DNA from: Marsupella aquatica | Lineage: Eukaryota > Plantae > Marchantiophyta | Assembly: GCA_973895155.1 (NCBI GenBank) | Contig: OZ316891.1 | Span: 7,867,808-7,931,807 of the forward strand | Direction of reading: 5' to 3' | Length of the DNA: 64,000 nucleotides | Shown: positions 63,511-64,000 of the stretch, piece by piece | Layout of the letters: the number at the start of each line of letters is the position of its first letter | Position numbering within the stretch: position 1 is the first letter of the stretch | Program-made: the position numbers and the translations under genes | The notes under the pieces: model-generated | Seen by the model: only the letters and a program-made list of their open reading frames with translations | What the model was told of the DNA's origin: nothing | Database searches by the model: none

Positions 63511-64000
63511 ATGGCTGGGCCATCTGGCGTTGAGGTGGAGGACGACCGGTTGACCGGTTTGGTTAATGCCACCGAAGAGCTGGAATCTGAGCTGGGCGAC
63601 CCTGAGGCGATCCTGAGGCAACTGAAGCGGTTATCACTGGATGACATTAGGAGACTCACCCGCATGAAGGTTCCTAGAGCCAACGGGGGAAAACTGACAG
63701 TTCTTGGGCACCTTTGTGTCAAGAAAACTTGCTCTTACTCCTTTGATCTGTTGCATCTTCTGTTTAAAGAAGAAAATGTTCATATTTTTGAGGAGTTTGA
63801 TGGTCACAGGATTCCTCTACTCCATCTAGCTGCTTACTGTGGCAACCATGAAGCTGTGATCCTTATCTGCATGCGTTTGCGGCGTGTTGAGTTTGATACG
63901 GCTGTGCACATGGCTGTACACATGGCTGTGAAAGGCCGAGAACGCCAAGTATGTGCGGCATTATATCGTGGTGCGATAATGAGCAGAAGCGATAAAATGA
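63511..64000 (+). CDS. 5' part of a tandem paralog of the ankyrin-PGG gene, truncated by the window end
   Basis: Open frame from ATG 63511 to the edge: MAGPSGVEVEDDRLTGLVNATEELESELGDPEAILRQLKRLSLDDIRRLTRMKVPRANGGKLTVLGHLCVKKTC...EEFDGHRIPLLHLAAYCGN, closely matching 50134-50480. A small upstream exon at 63006-63021 is possible. Confidence 0.85.
   Translation, partial: MAGPSGVEVEDDRLTGLVNATEELESELGDPEAILRQLKRLSLDDIRRLTRMKVPRANGGKLTVLGHLCVKKTCSYSFDLLHLLFKEENVHIFEEFDGHRIPLLHLAAYCGNHEAVILICMRLRRVEFDTAVHMAVHMAVKGRERQVCAALYRGAIMSRSDKM

Overview
Eukaryotic nuclear DNA with spliceosomal introns from a land plant, most likely a bryophyte such as a liverwort (inferred from gene and TE content, not checked). 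The left ~13 kb is TE-rich. It holds a stop-riddled Ty3/Gypsy-type gag, a decayed restriction-like-endonuclease (CRE-type) non-LTR retrotransposon, a Harbinger/Tourist-type and a Tc1/mariner-type MITE, a putative tRNA-related SINE and minisatellites. The middle holds five host genes whose reading frames and splice phases I traced by hand: an intronless His-rich uncharacterised gene, a CASP-like gene, a 14-exon EF-hand/TFxP-repeat gene, plastid-type GTPase Era and LHCA1. The right end is the most interesting part. It has an intronless 1599-aa ankyrin/PGG (ACD6-like) membrane protein built from three copies of a large module, then a minisatellite-filled Helitron, then the start of a tandem paralog. 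The paralog shares the upstream region with conserved W-box/CGCG motifs and carries a 472-bp insertion flanked by a 9-bp direct repeat that could be spliced out in frame. No tRNA, rRNA or CRISPR array was found. All alignments were done by eye and no database searches were run.
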